Positions 1-13,390 of a stretch of 64,000 nucleotides of DNA are shown one piece after another. A model generated the notes under the pieces. It was not told the origin of the DNA. It searched no databases and was given only the letters and a program-made list of their open reading frames with translations. Source of the DNA: Stegostoma tigrinum (taxonomy: Eukaryota); assembly GCF_030684315.1 (NCBI RefSeq), contig NC_081387.1, forward strand, positions 20,270,678 through 20,334,677. The letters are read 5' to 3'. The first letter of the stretch is position 1, and every line of letters begins with the position of its first letter. Position numbers and translations under genes: made by a program.

Positions 1-827
1 TTCAACACAGGAAACAGGTCACAGCTTACAGGACAGGTCACAACATGTTTTGGCTGCAGTTTTAAACTAGGTCAGAGCTTAAAATAGCTTGATCACAGTA
101 TCCATCATGCTTGACTGTAGCTCTTGCAGTCTCGTAGCCATTTCTGTTGTTGGCCCTCTGACCATACAACTTTCTTTGTTCCAAAGAAAATGACCTCAGC
201 TTCCCTCCAGCCTCTCTTCATAGATGTACTGCTTCCACTGCAATGACTTCCTGTAGAGCGCTAACCAGAATTGCACATAAATACTCCAGCTTTTCCATAA
301 CCGAAGTTCTCTATATTTCCAATTTGACATGCATACTTTTTAATTGTACACAATCCACCCACCTTTATGAACACATGCACGAGTATCCAAGTTCGCTCTG
401 TTACTCTGAGCCTGCAGTGGCTGGGTCAGCAGTGTTTGTGCAGGGCCTTACTGCTGATGGCAGAAAAGGCGGATTCTGCTGCATCTACATTTGTATTTTC
501 AGCTCAGTAACTTTTTTTTTTGCTTTGATTGTCCTGTGGCTTCCTCCCAATGCCCTCCTGAGGGACACTAGTGCGCCGAGCATCTCCATCCCTGCTCCAT
601 CTCGGCTGGTGGCAGTTGAGCCAGGACCGCATTGGTCAACCAACGGCCAGGAGCCAATGTCCAGCCTTGGAAGATACGCGGATCACACGCAATGTGACTG
701 TCTCCAGTTCAGAGGCTGCAGACACTGAACTGACAGTGATGGTTTTGGGGGGAAAGCAGCACATTGCAAGTACCCTGGGGATGATGTCAGATGGCGGCAA
801 CTGGAGAAGCATAAAAAGTGAGTCTTC

Positions 828-854
828 AGAGAGAGAGAGAGAGAGAGAGAGAGA
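828..854. repeat. (GA)n microsatellite
   Basis: Direct observation. Confidence 0.95.
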
Positions 855-1019
855 TGAACTTTAAAGCTGTTTCAGTTTTAGTAATATTAACTTATTCAGT
901 GTTTTACCATTTATATATTTTATTTGGCAATTTATTCTGGAATCCAAGATGGCACCAGAACATGGTGACATTATTCATTTTTCCCTGTGCCTAGACTCAA
1001 GTGACAATATTAAATAAAT

Positions 1020-1600
1020 CTTAAGCCCAACCAGTATCAAGCCACTTATTGAATTCTCCCTTGTTTTGTTTCTTCTTCCAAAGTGCACCAGCTCACATAT
1101 ATCAGGGTTAAATCCCATTTGCCACTGATCTCACCAATCGTTTTACATTCTCCTGTAACCTAACAACTTCCTCTTCACTGTCAACCACCTAACCAATCTT
1201 TGTGTCATTGAAAACATATTTATCATGCCCTCTGTATTCTCATCTACTTCATTTATGAATATTGCAAACAATACAATACCTAGCACTGATCCCTGTGATA
1301 CACTGTAGTGCAGAGATGTCCAACCACCTAAGCAGCTCCCTACCAGCTTGTACAGTCTTCTGTCACTAGACCAATTTTGGATCTAACTTGCCAGGTTACC
1401 TGCATTCCATGATCTTGTAGCTTCCTTATCAATTTTCCATATGAGATCTTGTCAAGGGCCTTGCCAAAATCCATGTAAATGACGTTAACTGCCTTAACAT
1501 CATCCAAACACTTATTCACCCCGTTGAAGAATACCACCAGATTTTTCAGGTATGATCTCCCTCTAAGAAAACCATCTTGATTGTACTGGATCTCACCTTA
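1020..1600 (-). mobile_element. CR1 RT fragment
   Basis: KAVNVIYMDFGKALDKISYGKLIRKL. Confidence 0.85.
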
Positions 1601-3239
1601 CCACCTTCCTGGAGTCTTCATTTGGAGGCAACTTTCTGCATTCTTATATTCGATATTTGGTGTGCTTGCCTTGCCTATTTGCTTGTTCAAAAATTCCATT
1701 CCAAAATAACATCAAACTTGTTTTAAGTCTGAACAAATCTCCTAATTTTTATGTGACCATAAGCATTGGAAATAGGAGTTGGGTCCTCAGCCCATAAAAC
1801 CTGTTCCTCCATTCAATAAGACAATGGATGACCTGATTTCTCCACGTGAATACGTACCAACAAATAACCTTTCATGGCATTATTATCTATAATCAAATTA
1901 ACTTAACTATGAGAATAGTAATCCATAAACTTAACTAAAGTTCTGAGCACCCAGGTTCAAATTTTGTGGCATCAGACGATGGAATTTGCATTCAATAAAG
2001 AATCTGGCATTCTGGTCCAAATGATGAACATGAAACCATTGCCAGTCAGGGAAACCACATTTGGTTCACTAATGTCCTTTTTCGAAGGGAATCTGTCAGC
2101 CTTACCTGGCCTGACCTACATCTGACTCCAGACTCACTGAAATGTGGTTGATTCTTAACTGCCCTCTGGGCAATTAGGAATGGACAATTAATGTTGGCCC
2201 AAACAGAGTGAATAGAAAAAGCCCTTTCACCATCTTTTGAGGAAGAAAATTATAAAGATACTCTAAAATAAAAATAACCTTCTCATCTCTCTGCCTTTAA
2301 TGGGAGATCCCTTATTTCAATCAGTTATCCATATTTTTAGATTCTCCAAGAACACAAAACATCCTTTCAGCATGCATTTTGACAAGATCCTTCAAGATGC
2401 TATATGTTGGAAAAGTCACGTCTTACTCTTCAAAGCTCTGCTGTGTACAAGCTTGGCCTGGCCAAACTTACCTCATAAAAAAAACGGTGTATTCCAAGTA
2501 TTGGTCTAGAAAACTTTAAACCACTTCCAGTGCATTTACATCAGATCACTGCGAAGTGATGATGCATTCTTCTGAGTTACTGCTGTCAATGATGCTACAG
2601 TATGTAAGGTACTTAACATTTTCTATCATAAGCTTAGATTTTGCTTCGGCTGTCTAATGTCTTCTTTGTAATTCACTTCTCTGTCAATTGTGGTCATACG
2701 ATTTGATTTTACTGATTTCGACTTGCAGTAACACTTACCCTCACGTTGCTTTATATTTATTTCATTGTGAAAAATCTGTGTCATCCATGTAAAGGGTGAT
2801 AATTCTTCGACTTATTATGTCAGTTCCAATACTAGCCAACTTTCCATTCCTATGGATTGTTCACTGGTACTTGGATGGAAGTTTGGCTGAATTTCCATTT
2901 ATACTCTATCCTGATTTTCTGATTATCTGCTGCCAATCATGGTCTCAAATCTAAATGCACCTCTAAGAAATTAACGCTGAAATGTGAACAGAATGGCACT
3001 TTGACTTTTTGAAAATCTATTGAATATTTATTTCCAACTACTTGCAGCTCTCAGCATAGTTATCATTATACCTAATGGTGCAAAATAAGACCAGGGCTTT
3101 ATGTTGATATTCCATACCAAAGATATTTTGTGAGGCCATTAATTAGTAAGTGGGTAAGCCCACTTGTGTCTATAGCATGCCAGTGCAATAAATCAATAGT
3201 GTATCTGTCTGATGTAAAGACAACAAGAATAGGACCATT

Positions 3240-3720
3240 TTGAACAGTTCAACTGTCATCTGCAAGATCCCTTGCAGAGACTGTGAGAAACACTACATCG
3301 GATAAACAGGAAGGAAACTAACAACAAGAATACATGAACACCGACTGGCTACAAAAAGACACGGCCAATACTCACTCATCTCAATCCACATGGACAAGGA
3401 GAACCATGACTTCAACTGGGACAACACCAAGATCCTGGGACAAGCTACACAGAGACAGGTACAAAAAATTCTAGAAGCATGGCACTCCACGAAACATGCT
3501 ATTAATAAACACATTGAACTCGATGCCATATACATTTGACTATGTAGGAAACCCGGAAGTGAGACAATCCATCTCAACAGGCCCCAGAGTTTAAAAACCA
3601 GGTGGGAAAACACACCGATGCTTCATCGGATGCTGCACTGAGGATGTTAGCAAGCACAGTAACGAACGTCTGTGAAACAATAAACCGGCTGGGTGAGGCA
3701 ACTAACCTCAACAACCTCAG
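3240..3720 (+). mobile_element. Penelope-like 3' fragment (GIY-YIG + pLTR)
   Basis: KIPCRDCEKHYIG*TGRKLTTRIHEH...; decayed hammerhead core at about 3638-3672. Confidence 0.85.
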
Positions 3721-5092
3721 TTAAACTGAATACACTGGTCGAATTGCTGCAACAAATAGACAATTTGAGATTGAAAATAGGTTGTGTCTATTACCAATCT
3801 CCACGATAAACAGTTAGATTCAGGAACATACTACTGCCAAATAGAAAGATTTGCCTTTGGAATGACAACTAAGCCAGGTGCAATACCAACTGTGAAAGGT
3901 AGGGTTACTTAAGATTTGTCCATTATACAGTGCTGTCCATTGATCGCTTTGCCTTGACGTATGAAGTTGACATAGTGCACTATTTCCAAGGATTGAAATA
4001 CTATCAGGCGCATTTAGGCAAATGCTGTGTTCAGATATAATTCACTGCCAGTCAGATATTTTTATTTAATGAACTACAATTTATGTCTTTTTTCTATAGC
4101 TTATTTAGCAATAGTGATTATTACATTAATGTGTTTATTGGTATAAAATCTGGAAACATTCACAGTTGCATGTATCCATTTAGAAATACTCCAATCTCCA
4201 ATTAACAATATGGATTGTAGTCAAAATCTCTACAATTGTACGTGCTTGGATAATGCTACGTTTGTCAGAAGTATATCATGGCAGAGAGTCAAAAATAGAA
4301 AATATACCACACATAAAGTAATCATTTATAATGCAATTTCCCGTGTGAATAGAACTAAATTGAACATGTTCATATTGTAAACATATACAAACGTTAGTGA
4401 AAACCGAAACCAATTGAAACAGAAATTGCTGGAGAAATTCTGGCAGCATCTGAGGAGAGAAAACAGAGTTAACATTTCGAGTCCTGTGACTCTTCTGTTT
4501 TTATTCGATTAATTTCTCCAGCACCTAGTTTTTCTTTTGTCAGATTGTCCTGCTGCTTACTCTAAAATGTTTTCCAGTTGCTGAGGGACAGGACTCTTCT
4601 TTTTCATGGTTTTGGTTGTATTTAGATGCATTAATTTCAAAGTATCTGGGAAAACAGAAACCAGTTCAAAAATGCGTTTTGTTTCTTGTTTTCTCCATGA
4701 TATCTTATTTGGTTTCGTGTTTTTCTTTCAGCTAGAGCCGACGTGCATTCTGCCATTAATACCCAATCTGGATGGCTTCTCCCTTATCATTACCACTCTT
4801 TCCTTTCGACCTATAACACCTTTGATAATTAATTACCTTTACTTTTTTCCCTGGCCTTCTGTTTTTCACCATCCCTCTCCTTTTCAACAGCGGAAATCAT
4901 TTCCACTTCTCTTCAGTCATGAAGAAGACCCATATTTGTCTGAATGTTAAACCAGTTTCTCTCACTTCACATGCTGATGGATCTGTTAAGTTTCTACAGT
5001 ATCTTTTGCGTCTACATATCGGTTTTCTACCATCTCCAATATTTTGCTTTTTCACTACTTTGAGAGTATTGAAACTAAACTCTTCTGGGCAG

Positions 5093-5402
5093 CTACTTTA
5101 CAGCAGAAAAAAGTTCAAAGCATTTCAATCACCACCTTCCAAGAGAGATAGCCTTCTGCTTTGCACTTACAACACATCCAAAGCACAGCTCTTTGGAGCA
5201 TTTTCATAGTACAAAATGTAAAATATGCAAAGGAAGAGCCTGCAATATATTCAGGCCAAAGTATTGAGGTGAATGGTGCATCTTTCGACTTTTCCGCCAT
5301 ATTTATTAAGCTGAATGGCAATGACTCAGGGATATGTTACTACGAGATGTAGTTTATTTTTGGAAAAAAAAACTGGATAAGGAACAGTATCGACAGTTAA
5401 AC
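5093..5402 (+). pseudogene. Decayed NKp30-like V exon, paralogue of gene B
   Basis: KFKAFQSP...LLCTYNTSKAQLFGAFS*YK, then after a frameshift ...IYSGQSIEV...NDSGICYYEM*FIFG...G*GTVSTVK. Matches gene B (FLCTYNSPHDQLVGAFSWHK...DDSGMYYC...GPGTRLTVK). Trp codon mutated to TAG (5207-5209), further stops and frameshifts, donor GT lost. Confidence 0.85.
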
Positions 5403-8400
5403 ATAAACTGATAAGGGGTGGGGGAGAAGGACGAGTAGGAAAGAGTAAGGAACATTTAAATGTATATGGGAGCCCCAAAATCTGAAAGAAATGGGTAACA
5501 GAATCTCTTTTGTCAGAGACACTTCGGTCTCCTTTGGCATTAGAAAATGTGAAATGATTTAAATTCTTCAAATTAATGCCATATGAAGTGCACCAACGAA
5601 CATTACAAGCTACCGATTGAGGGAGAAAATGTAGCTTACATCTGGACAGGGACGGAGGAAATGACAGCTGGAAATGCGGTTGGCCAAAAGTTGTGTTTTA
5701 ACAGGAGAAATAACGTTATAAGTGCAGAAATCTTTCGAAAAGAAATTAGTAAAACACTGGTGAGGGCAACCGAAAGGTGACTTAATACTGTGTCGAATGT
5801 GGGTTGTGCGTTGGGTGTGGTAGGTGTAGAGGAAAGGAGATTCTGGGTAATGGTTGGGTGACGATGTGGAGCAAGAGTGTGAAAATGTACTATTAAATAA
5901 TAGACAGATTTGAAGATGGGCGAGGGGTAGTGAAGTTTATATTTGGGACTTTAGCAAAGTGAGAGACAACGCAAGACAATAGAAGGCTTTCCCAAACAGT
6001 GACGGTTAAAATTGGAGTGTAGCAATGCAGCAATATACTTGATTCAAAATGTGCTTTTATGCTTAATTCTCCGATTCGATTTACTGTTGAGTTACAATTC
6101 ATGTTAATATTCCAACAAAGGACATTGCAATTTGCAGGACCACATTAACAATCAGTGTTAAAGTCACTGGTTTAGCAAACCGGAGACCATGTCTTACGCT
6201 ATAGAGTCTTAGGTCAAGTTTATTTTCAAGTTATTATAAAGAATCTGAAATTGACAGCTGGTTTCATTTGTAGTAATTATACAGTGTGGTGAGAACTCAG
6301 CTAGTTCATAGATCTTGTATGGGCAACAAAACAGTGTCTATAGTCAATATGACTAGACGCACAGCAAGTTGTTGACTCTTGACCACCTTCTCAAATATCC
6401 CATTAAGCCATGCAAAGGCAGTAAGGGGCCAGCTTTACTGACTAAAAAAATATTTTGAGCTTGCATAAGGTTGTTCTTTCCTATTTAACTAACAAAGAAT
6501 TTGAAGCTGATCTATGGAAATTTTGAACGAGTGTTACTTTACTAAGTAACATATAACATATAAAACTCCGACTTTTTTACAGTCCAGCGAAGTCCCCTTT
6601 TGTAATTTCCCATGCCTTAGCAAGTTTATTTGTGGAACATAGTTAGGGGAAAAGAACGTAAGTGATGTTTTGCATAACTTGGGGAGCCCGGTCAGTATTT
6701 CTCTGAAGCACAAGGAAAGAATTTCTGAACCTTAAATTCGAAACCTATACGAGTAAGATAGCAGGTTATCTCAATGCACAGAATCCCTGAACATATTTAA
6801 CTGGGGACTTGGTCCCAGATGTTTATGTTTTAAAAATTCTTTCACAGATGCGTCTGTCATTGGCAGAGCCAACGCTTTTTGTTTTGCCTATGCATGGCTG
6901 GGCTAGTAATGGTGTGAATGTGAGGAGCAACCTTCTTCAACCGCTTCAGTGTTTTTGATGCAAATGCACCCACGATGTTTCCAAGACGTTGACACAGCGA
7001 CAGTTAAAGGAATGACGATAACACAGTGTGGAGCTGGAGGAATACAGCAGACCAGACAGCATCGGAGGAGCCGGAAAGCTGACGTTTCGAGTCGAGACCC
7101 TTCTTCAGAAATGGGGGAAGGGAAGGGGATCTTTCTGGAGGCAGGAGGGTAATTTCTTCAAAGTTTGGTAACCTTGAAGGTGAAGGAACGACGATGTATT
7201 TCCAAGTCAAGATCTTGTGTGAACCTACAGGTGACGGTTTTCCCTTTCTCATGCATCCGCTAGAGTTGTTAAGATTATTGAAAGCGACGCGTGACGCTTG
7301 TTTCGGGTCAATATGCGATCGGTTGCTTCGTTCTTGCTGTTTAGAGTACAGGCCTGCGTACCTACTGAAACGTAGAACAACAAACCATAGTGACAGTCCA
7401 ATCGAAATTGCAATCTCATATTATTTGCAAGAAAGCTTCAGTGGTGCAAGGAGTTTCAAAATAATGGTGAAATGCTCAATTTAGACGGCTACTGAATCAG
7501 AAAGCCACCATGTCAAGCGGAGATTGCAATCAATCGTGCTTCGATTACAGTAAAAGTTGTGTACTGATTCTTCAGTAAAGCATCCAAAATTGGTAATTAG
7601 GTTCAGAAGGTTTTCCTTCTGCCGCCCATGTAACGTTAATGCGAGACTCTTGGAACGTCCAATCCCAATTCTCGTTCTCAGGCGGGCTCTCGGCCCAAGA
7701 GCAGCCGAGTGCAAAATTGCTCACAAACGTTCTGACAGTTACTTTCTTCTGTTAGTCTTCGGTGGTACGTGACCAGTCTAGAGATCACTTGGCAACGTCG
7801 GTGCATTGTTCTTTCAAACTGCGATGAGATTTCCATTGCAAACGTATGTGCTACGCGGATAGTTTCAGTTTGAAACGTGTTTGCACAACGTTGTTGCAAT
7901 TGTGTGCGGGCACCCATATCCAGCCATTTCTCTCTGTCCCAACCTACCCCGACTTTTCCCAATTAGAACACTAATAAGCATTCCGCCCAGTCGCATTGTA
8001 GCAACGCTACAAGTCACTTTTATGAGCTGTAGCCAGGGAGCAGACTGCAGCTGTGGAAATCCTAGTCTGAATCGTTTTATGTTAAATGTAGATGATGTGG
8101 CATACGTGATTTTATATGAATATTGTGACAAGTGGAGCTTTGCCTTCCACCAGCTGCATAGCCTGGACTTTGAGTCGGGAAGGCACTCAATGTCGCAGAG
8201 GAGGTTGCAGTTGCCACGTTTCCAATTTAAGCTTCAAATATGTAAGCGAAGATGTGAACTTTTCACTCAATTAGCCTTTTTACGGAGATAAATGAGCTGC
8301 AGATGCTGGAGAATCCGACATAACAAGGTGTAGAGCTGGATGAACACAGCAGGCCAATTACTGGTATGTTGTTGCAAAGATTTGTAGATAGAGCGAAGAG

Positions 8401-11400
8401 AGAACGTCTTACCTCACATCCTGTAACACCAAGTGACATGGCTTCCTTTCCCTCCTCCTTTGGACCTCCTGTCAGCGCGTTCTGATTAACGCTTTGACGT
8501 CTGCGAAGATTTTAAACTCCTTTGTAAGAAGCTGTAAATTTGCCAACCCTATTTTCCTTTTTTATCACAAAGTCGTCAAACTCAAAAACATAAAATAATG
8601 AGGACCTGCATCTTCTTAGAACCATTAGGTCCACGAGGAGACATCCCCATCGTAATGCCTCGTCAATTTGGAGTTATTTCTTTTCAACATATAAAAATGT
8701 ATTTTGGGATTAAATCTAATGTCTATTGTATGCTTAAAAATCTTCAAATTTGTGTAATAAACAAATACAGATTATTACATTTTTGTTCATTTGTTATTAA
8801 ACTTCTGCTTTATTGTTATTGAAAACCCTGCAGTATTGCCTTCTTGCGTTTCAGATGTGACGGCCAATAATAACTTCGAATGGAATCATAACAAGAGGTT
8901 TTTAAATTTTTGCCGTTCGGTCAATTTATAATGCAGTCACAGCAATTTCAAATGACAGTTTATATTGTCAGTAATTTCTCAGAATTTGCACCAAGTTATA
9001 TTTCCCGAGGGACAGAACCAGGCCATTTGACCAAACTGAGAAGTGGTGGAATGTGAATTCAATAAAAATCTGGAACTAAGAGTCTGATAACGACCATGAA
9101 TCCATTGTCAGTGGTCGGCAAACCCCATGTGGTTCAGCAACGTCCTTTAGGGAAGGAAACTGCCATCCTAACCTGACCTGGCCTACGTGTGAATTCAGAC
9201 CCACATAAGTATGATTGACTTTTAACTGCCCTCTCGGCAATTAGGGATGAGAAGTAAATGCTGGCCGAGCGAGAGGCTCCCACATCCCATGAATGAATAA
9301 AGAAAAGAAAACTGCTCCAAGTCAGTAGTTTTCTTTCGACTCCAAAGTCTTTGGCCTCAGAAGTATAACTCTGCTTTTACTCCCCATAAATGCTACAATA
9401 CGTGTGGAATTTTTCTAGCATCTTCAGTTTTCATTTTTTAAAAAAAAAATCCAGATTTCATGGTATTTTCCTTTTATATGATCCACGATAATGTTTATCC
9501 TCCACAGCAGCCTCCTCCCAGATCATAACATCTCACCCCATCAGCCTTATTTCCTCTCTCATGTTCCATCCAGCTTCCTCTTGAATGCACTTATGTTAGT
9601 TGTCACAGCTATTTCATGTGTTAACTAGTTCCTCCGAGTAATAACCACTCTGCAGAAAACAATTTTCCCGAGTTCTTGTCGGAATTAATTATTGACGTTA
9701 ATTTATGTCCTTTATCCAGTTAAGGGTGTCCAAAAGTAGAAACAATTACTACACACCTAACTGTCGACTTCTTTTACTATTTTACTATCGTCTATCAGGT
9801 AACATTTCAATCCCAGCCTTATCAGGAAACATTTATTCAGACAAAGTGTCGTAGAAATCTTGAATGCTCTCCCTCTGCGTTTGGTGCCCATCTGAATATT
9901 TCAACCTGAATATAATTGTACTGTATTGCAGCAAAATTAGATAATTATAGAACCGAGATAACAACGAAATGTAGATTTGTATCACGGAAAATGAATTCTT
10001 AATTGGTTATATTTTATCCACTTTCTCTCACGCCACAGAAATCTTTAGAAGTAAAGATCCGTGAAAAAGAAATGGAAACCTCTAAAACATAGGTACTCAA
10101 GACATCTGATAACAATTCCACATAAAAAAAAACCATAAGGCAAATGAAACAGTATCAAAAATAATTCCAAAGAAAATCGTGGAGAAAGAAAGCATCACTT
10201 CTGGCATTCGACCAGAGCTTAAAAAATGACAAGGATCTCCAGTGGACAAGACAGGTGGCAATAGAAAGAGGCATCAATCGAAATACAGCCGAATGATGGC
10301 TGTCAAAGACCCATTGCTAGGGAGCTACAGAGACATGTGAGAATAGAGTAAGACAGACAAAAATGATGAACTACAGCAAATGGTCTTCTGGAGCTGGTGG
10401 CATTCTGGCAATGTCCCTGGATCAGTAATCGAGAATTTCCAGGCAAAAGATGTGGGACGACGTGTTCAAACTCTACCACGGCAAATAGTCAATTTTGATT
10501 TCTAAAAAACAAATCTGGTTCACTTATGTCCTTTGGAAAAGGAAACCGGACAGCATTGTCAGGTCTGGTCTGCATATGACTCCAAAAGCACAGTGATGGA
10601 TTTGTAACTGACTTCTAAGCAAATACAAGTTAGCCAAGAAATTCTGGCCTAGCCAGCGATGCCAATACTCGATGAACAAAGAAAATCAACGACAGTAAAA
10701 CCAAGGTTTTTTTTGCTATTTTTGGCATTAAGAATCGAGGATCAATGGCAGGGAGGCAAGTGTGGGATAGACTAAAGACAGAAATTGCATTTTGTGGAAG
10801 ATAGAAGGCCAGAAATTCAGAAATGAAAAGTGGAGCACCCGTGTGTACAAAGACATTGTGAGTGTTTGAATAGTCGATGAAGCAAGTCGAGGCAGTGGAA
10901 AGTGACAGCTCTGAGGTGGAAGGGAGTGCAATGATTACGTGAACAGCAGTGTACGGCGATGAATAGTTGTCAAAATATGATACGTTATAAGGATGCTGTG
11001 AAGAACATTTTTGATTCGCTTTTCCATCTGATGTGACATGAGATGCTATGCCAGCTATTATACAGGTGATTGTTATTCAAGACCAGTAAACAGTGCATGT
11101 TGACGCTACTACTTAACATTTTAAACTAATCACATAAATTATCAGTGCATTGATTCCTGACAAAGCAGAATATTGGCTCATTTGGTAAGACCTATAAAAG
11201 TAAAACTAAAATACAAATCAAAGTGACATTAGGAAGTTTACTCTTTAGATAACCAGTAAAACATTCAGGGGAAAAAAGGGATTCTCTATTCAAATATTTT
11301 TAGTTTTCGAACTGTGAAATAAGCCTTAATATATGCCTAATAACTGCTTTAGCAATGGTCGTTTTTTTCATGATTTAATCCTGGATCCTTCAGCGTTTAG

Positions 11401-11494
11401 ATGTTGAATAAATTCCATAAAGTCTTTTTTTTCCCACTCTTTTGCCCTAATTTTCTCTCAATTCCACTATTTTCCCCTGTCTGTTTTATTTTCT

Positions 11495-13390
11495 GTACCA
11501 GTTTTAGAATTCACAGGTGCAAAAGGAGGCCATTTGGCCTTTCCACTCTACACTGGCTCATCAAAAGCATATCATGTCTTAGAGACATTCTTATGTTTTC
11601 TTACATCTCCACTCTCCTGCACATGTTTAATTAATCATCTGTCTTGAAAGCTGCAATCGAATTTGCTCCAACCACACATACAGGCAGTATGTTCTAGACC
11701 AGAACCATTCATTTTGTGTCTTTTCCTTCCATCATATTTTCTTCTTTCACAACTGACTGCAAATGTGTGCCTCTCAGCCTTGACCCATTTGCAAGTAGAA
11801 ACAATTTTTCTCTATCTACTCCATACAGATGCCTCATGATTTTGAAAACTTCTGCCAATCTACTCCCCGTCTTCTTTCTCAGAATCACATCCTTATTCTG
11901 GTACTCGTTGCCACTATTAATAAAACCGAAGATGAGGTTTGCTTTACCAACTGCTCTCTCCAACTGTTCTGCTACTTTCATTGATCTATGCACATGTCCA
12001 ACCAGGTTACTCTGGCCCTCTTCCCTGGTTACAATTTTACTGCAAATGTTATTTTCTCTGCCCGTGTTTTTCTTGCAAAATGACCTCATAGTATTTTGCA
12101 TGAATTTTAATAGCCAGCTATCCACCAAGCCATGAAAATCTATGTCATTGTGACGTTCTATGCTGTTCTCCTCACAGTTTACACAGCTTTCAAGTTCTAA
12201 GTAGGTGGAAAATGTTGAAATTGTCCTCTGCAGTGCAAGATGCATTACATTACTATATATTAGCGAAAAGAAAAATGTAACCTAATAATGAGGGTTGGGA
12301 AAAGCTACCCTGCTCCAAACCAAAGTATATTAATTGATGAGAGATAATAGGTTGACAATTGCTTTCTTTTCTTGTCACTCAGCACGTGTGTTAACATTAC
12401 TACTATCCCTTTTGTTCATGAGCGATAATGTTTTCACCAGCTTTTTGTTTGTGTCTGATAATGTGTAAAAAGCCTTCTGGACACCCATGTGTATGACACC
12501 AACAGCATTATCCTCATTATCTCATTCTGTTATCTATTCTTTAGAAAAAAGCGCTGTTGTTAATTAAACGTGATTTCCCTTTAAAAATCAATTCTGATTC
12601 TTCCTATGCAACCCTTCTTTCTATTTTTATTCAGACTAATTGCTTCTCGGAGCTTTGCCACTACTGAATTTAAACTGACTGGTCTGCAATTGCTGGACTT
12701 TCAACTTATAACATTTTTCAATTGTCATGACCTCTGCAGGCAGAATATACCATCTTGCTCAAGAAAGATGCAAAGTTTTCATCTACCACATTAGATATGC
12801 CTCGACTTCCTGTGCAAATCCTCCATTTTGTCCCTGATTGGCCCTACTCCTGCTTTTACTATCCCTTCACTAATTATGCATCTACAGAAGATTTTTGCAT
12901 TCCACACATATAGTTTGCCAATCTTTTCTCATATTTCACCCGTATATCTCTTCCGTGACTTTCACACCCCTTCTGCATCTTTTGTATTCCTCTTAATTCT
13001 CACTTGTATTTGTTTCCTACACACATTTTCGTCTTTATTTAAATTTCCATCTTCTTTGTCTTTCAAAAAGTTCAGAATTGTTTGTCCTTTCTTTCTTGAT
13101 TCGTGGAATATTCCTTAAAAGTATCCAAACCAATTCTTATTTGAAGCGAGACAATTTCTCAGTCACAGTTCTCTTTTTTCCTGCCAAGCCTTTATGTCAA
13201 TCTATCCAGCCCATTATGTTCTTGCCCCATTGAAGTCATCTTTCTCTTATATTAGTTTGTTCATTCACAGTCTAAACCTTCATTATAAGCTATACAATCT
13301 AGTGATCATTGTCTCCTAAATGTTCCCTCATTGACCCTCGGTCTGCTCCAACCACCTCATTTCCAATAATCAGATCCAACAGTGCATCAT
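11495..13390 (-). mobile_element. Old CR1 fragments
   Basis: KANLIFGFINSG, EVFKIMR..GVDREKLF and decayed RT-like sequence. Confidence 0.7.

Noticed and set aside
243-864. 161-aa and 97-aa ORFs
   Set aside because: No recognisable domain; overlap repeat-derived sequence and a (GA)n tract.
10039-10092. Exon-like segment after a strong + strand acceptor
   Set aside because: Could not be linked to any reading frame or gene; no recognisable product.
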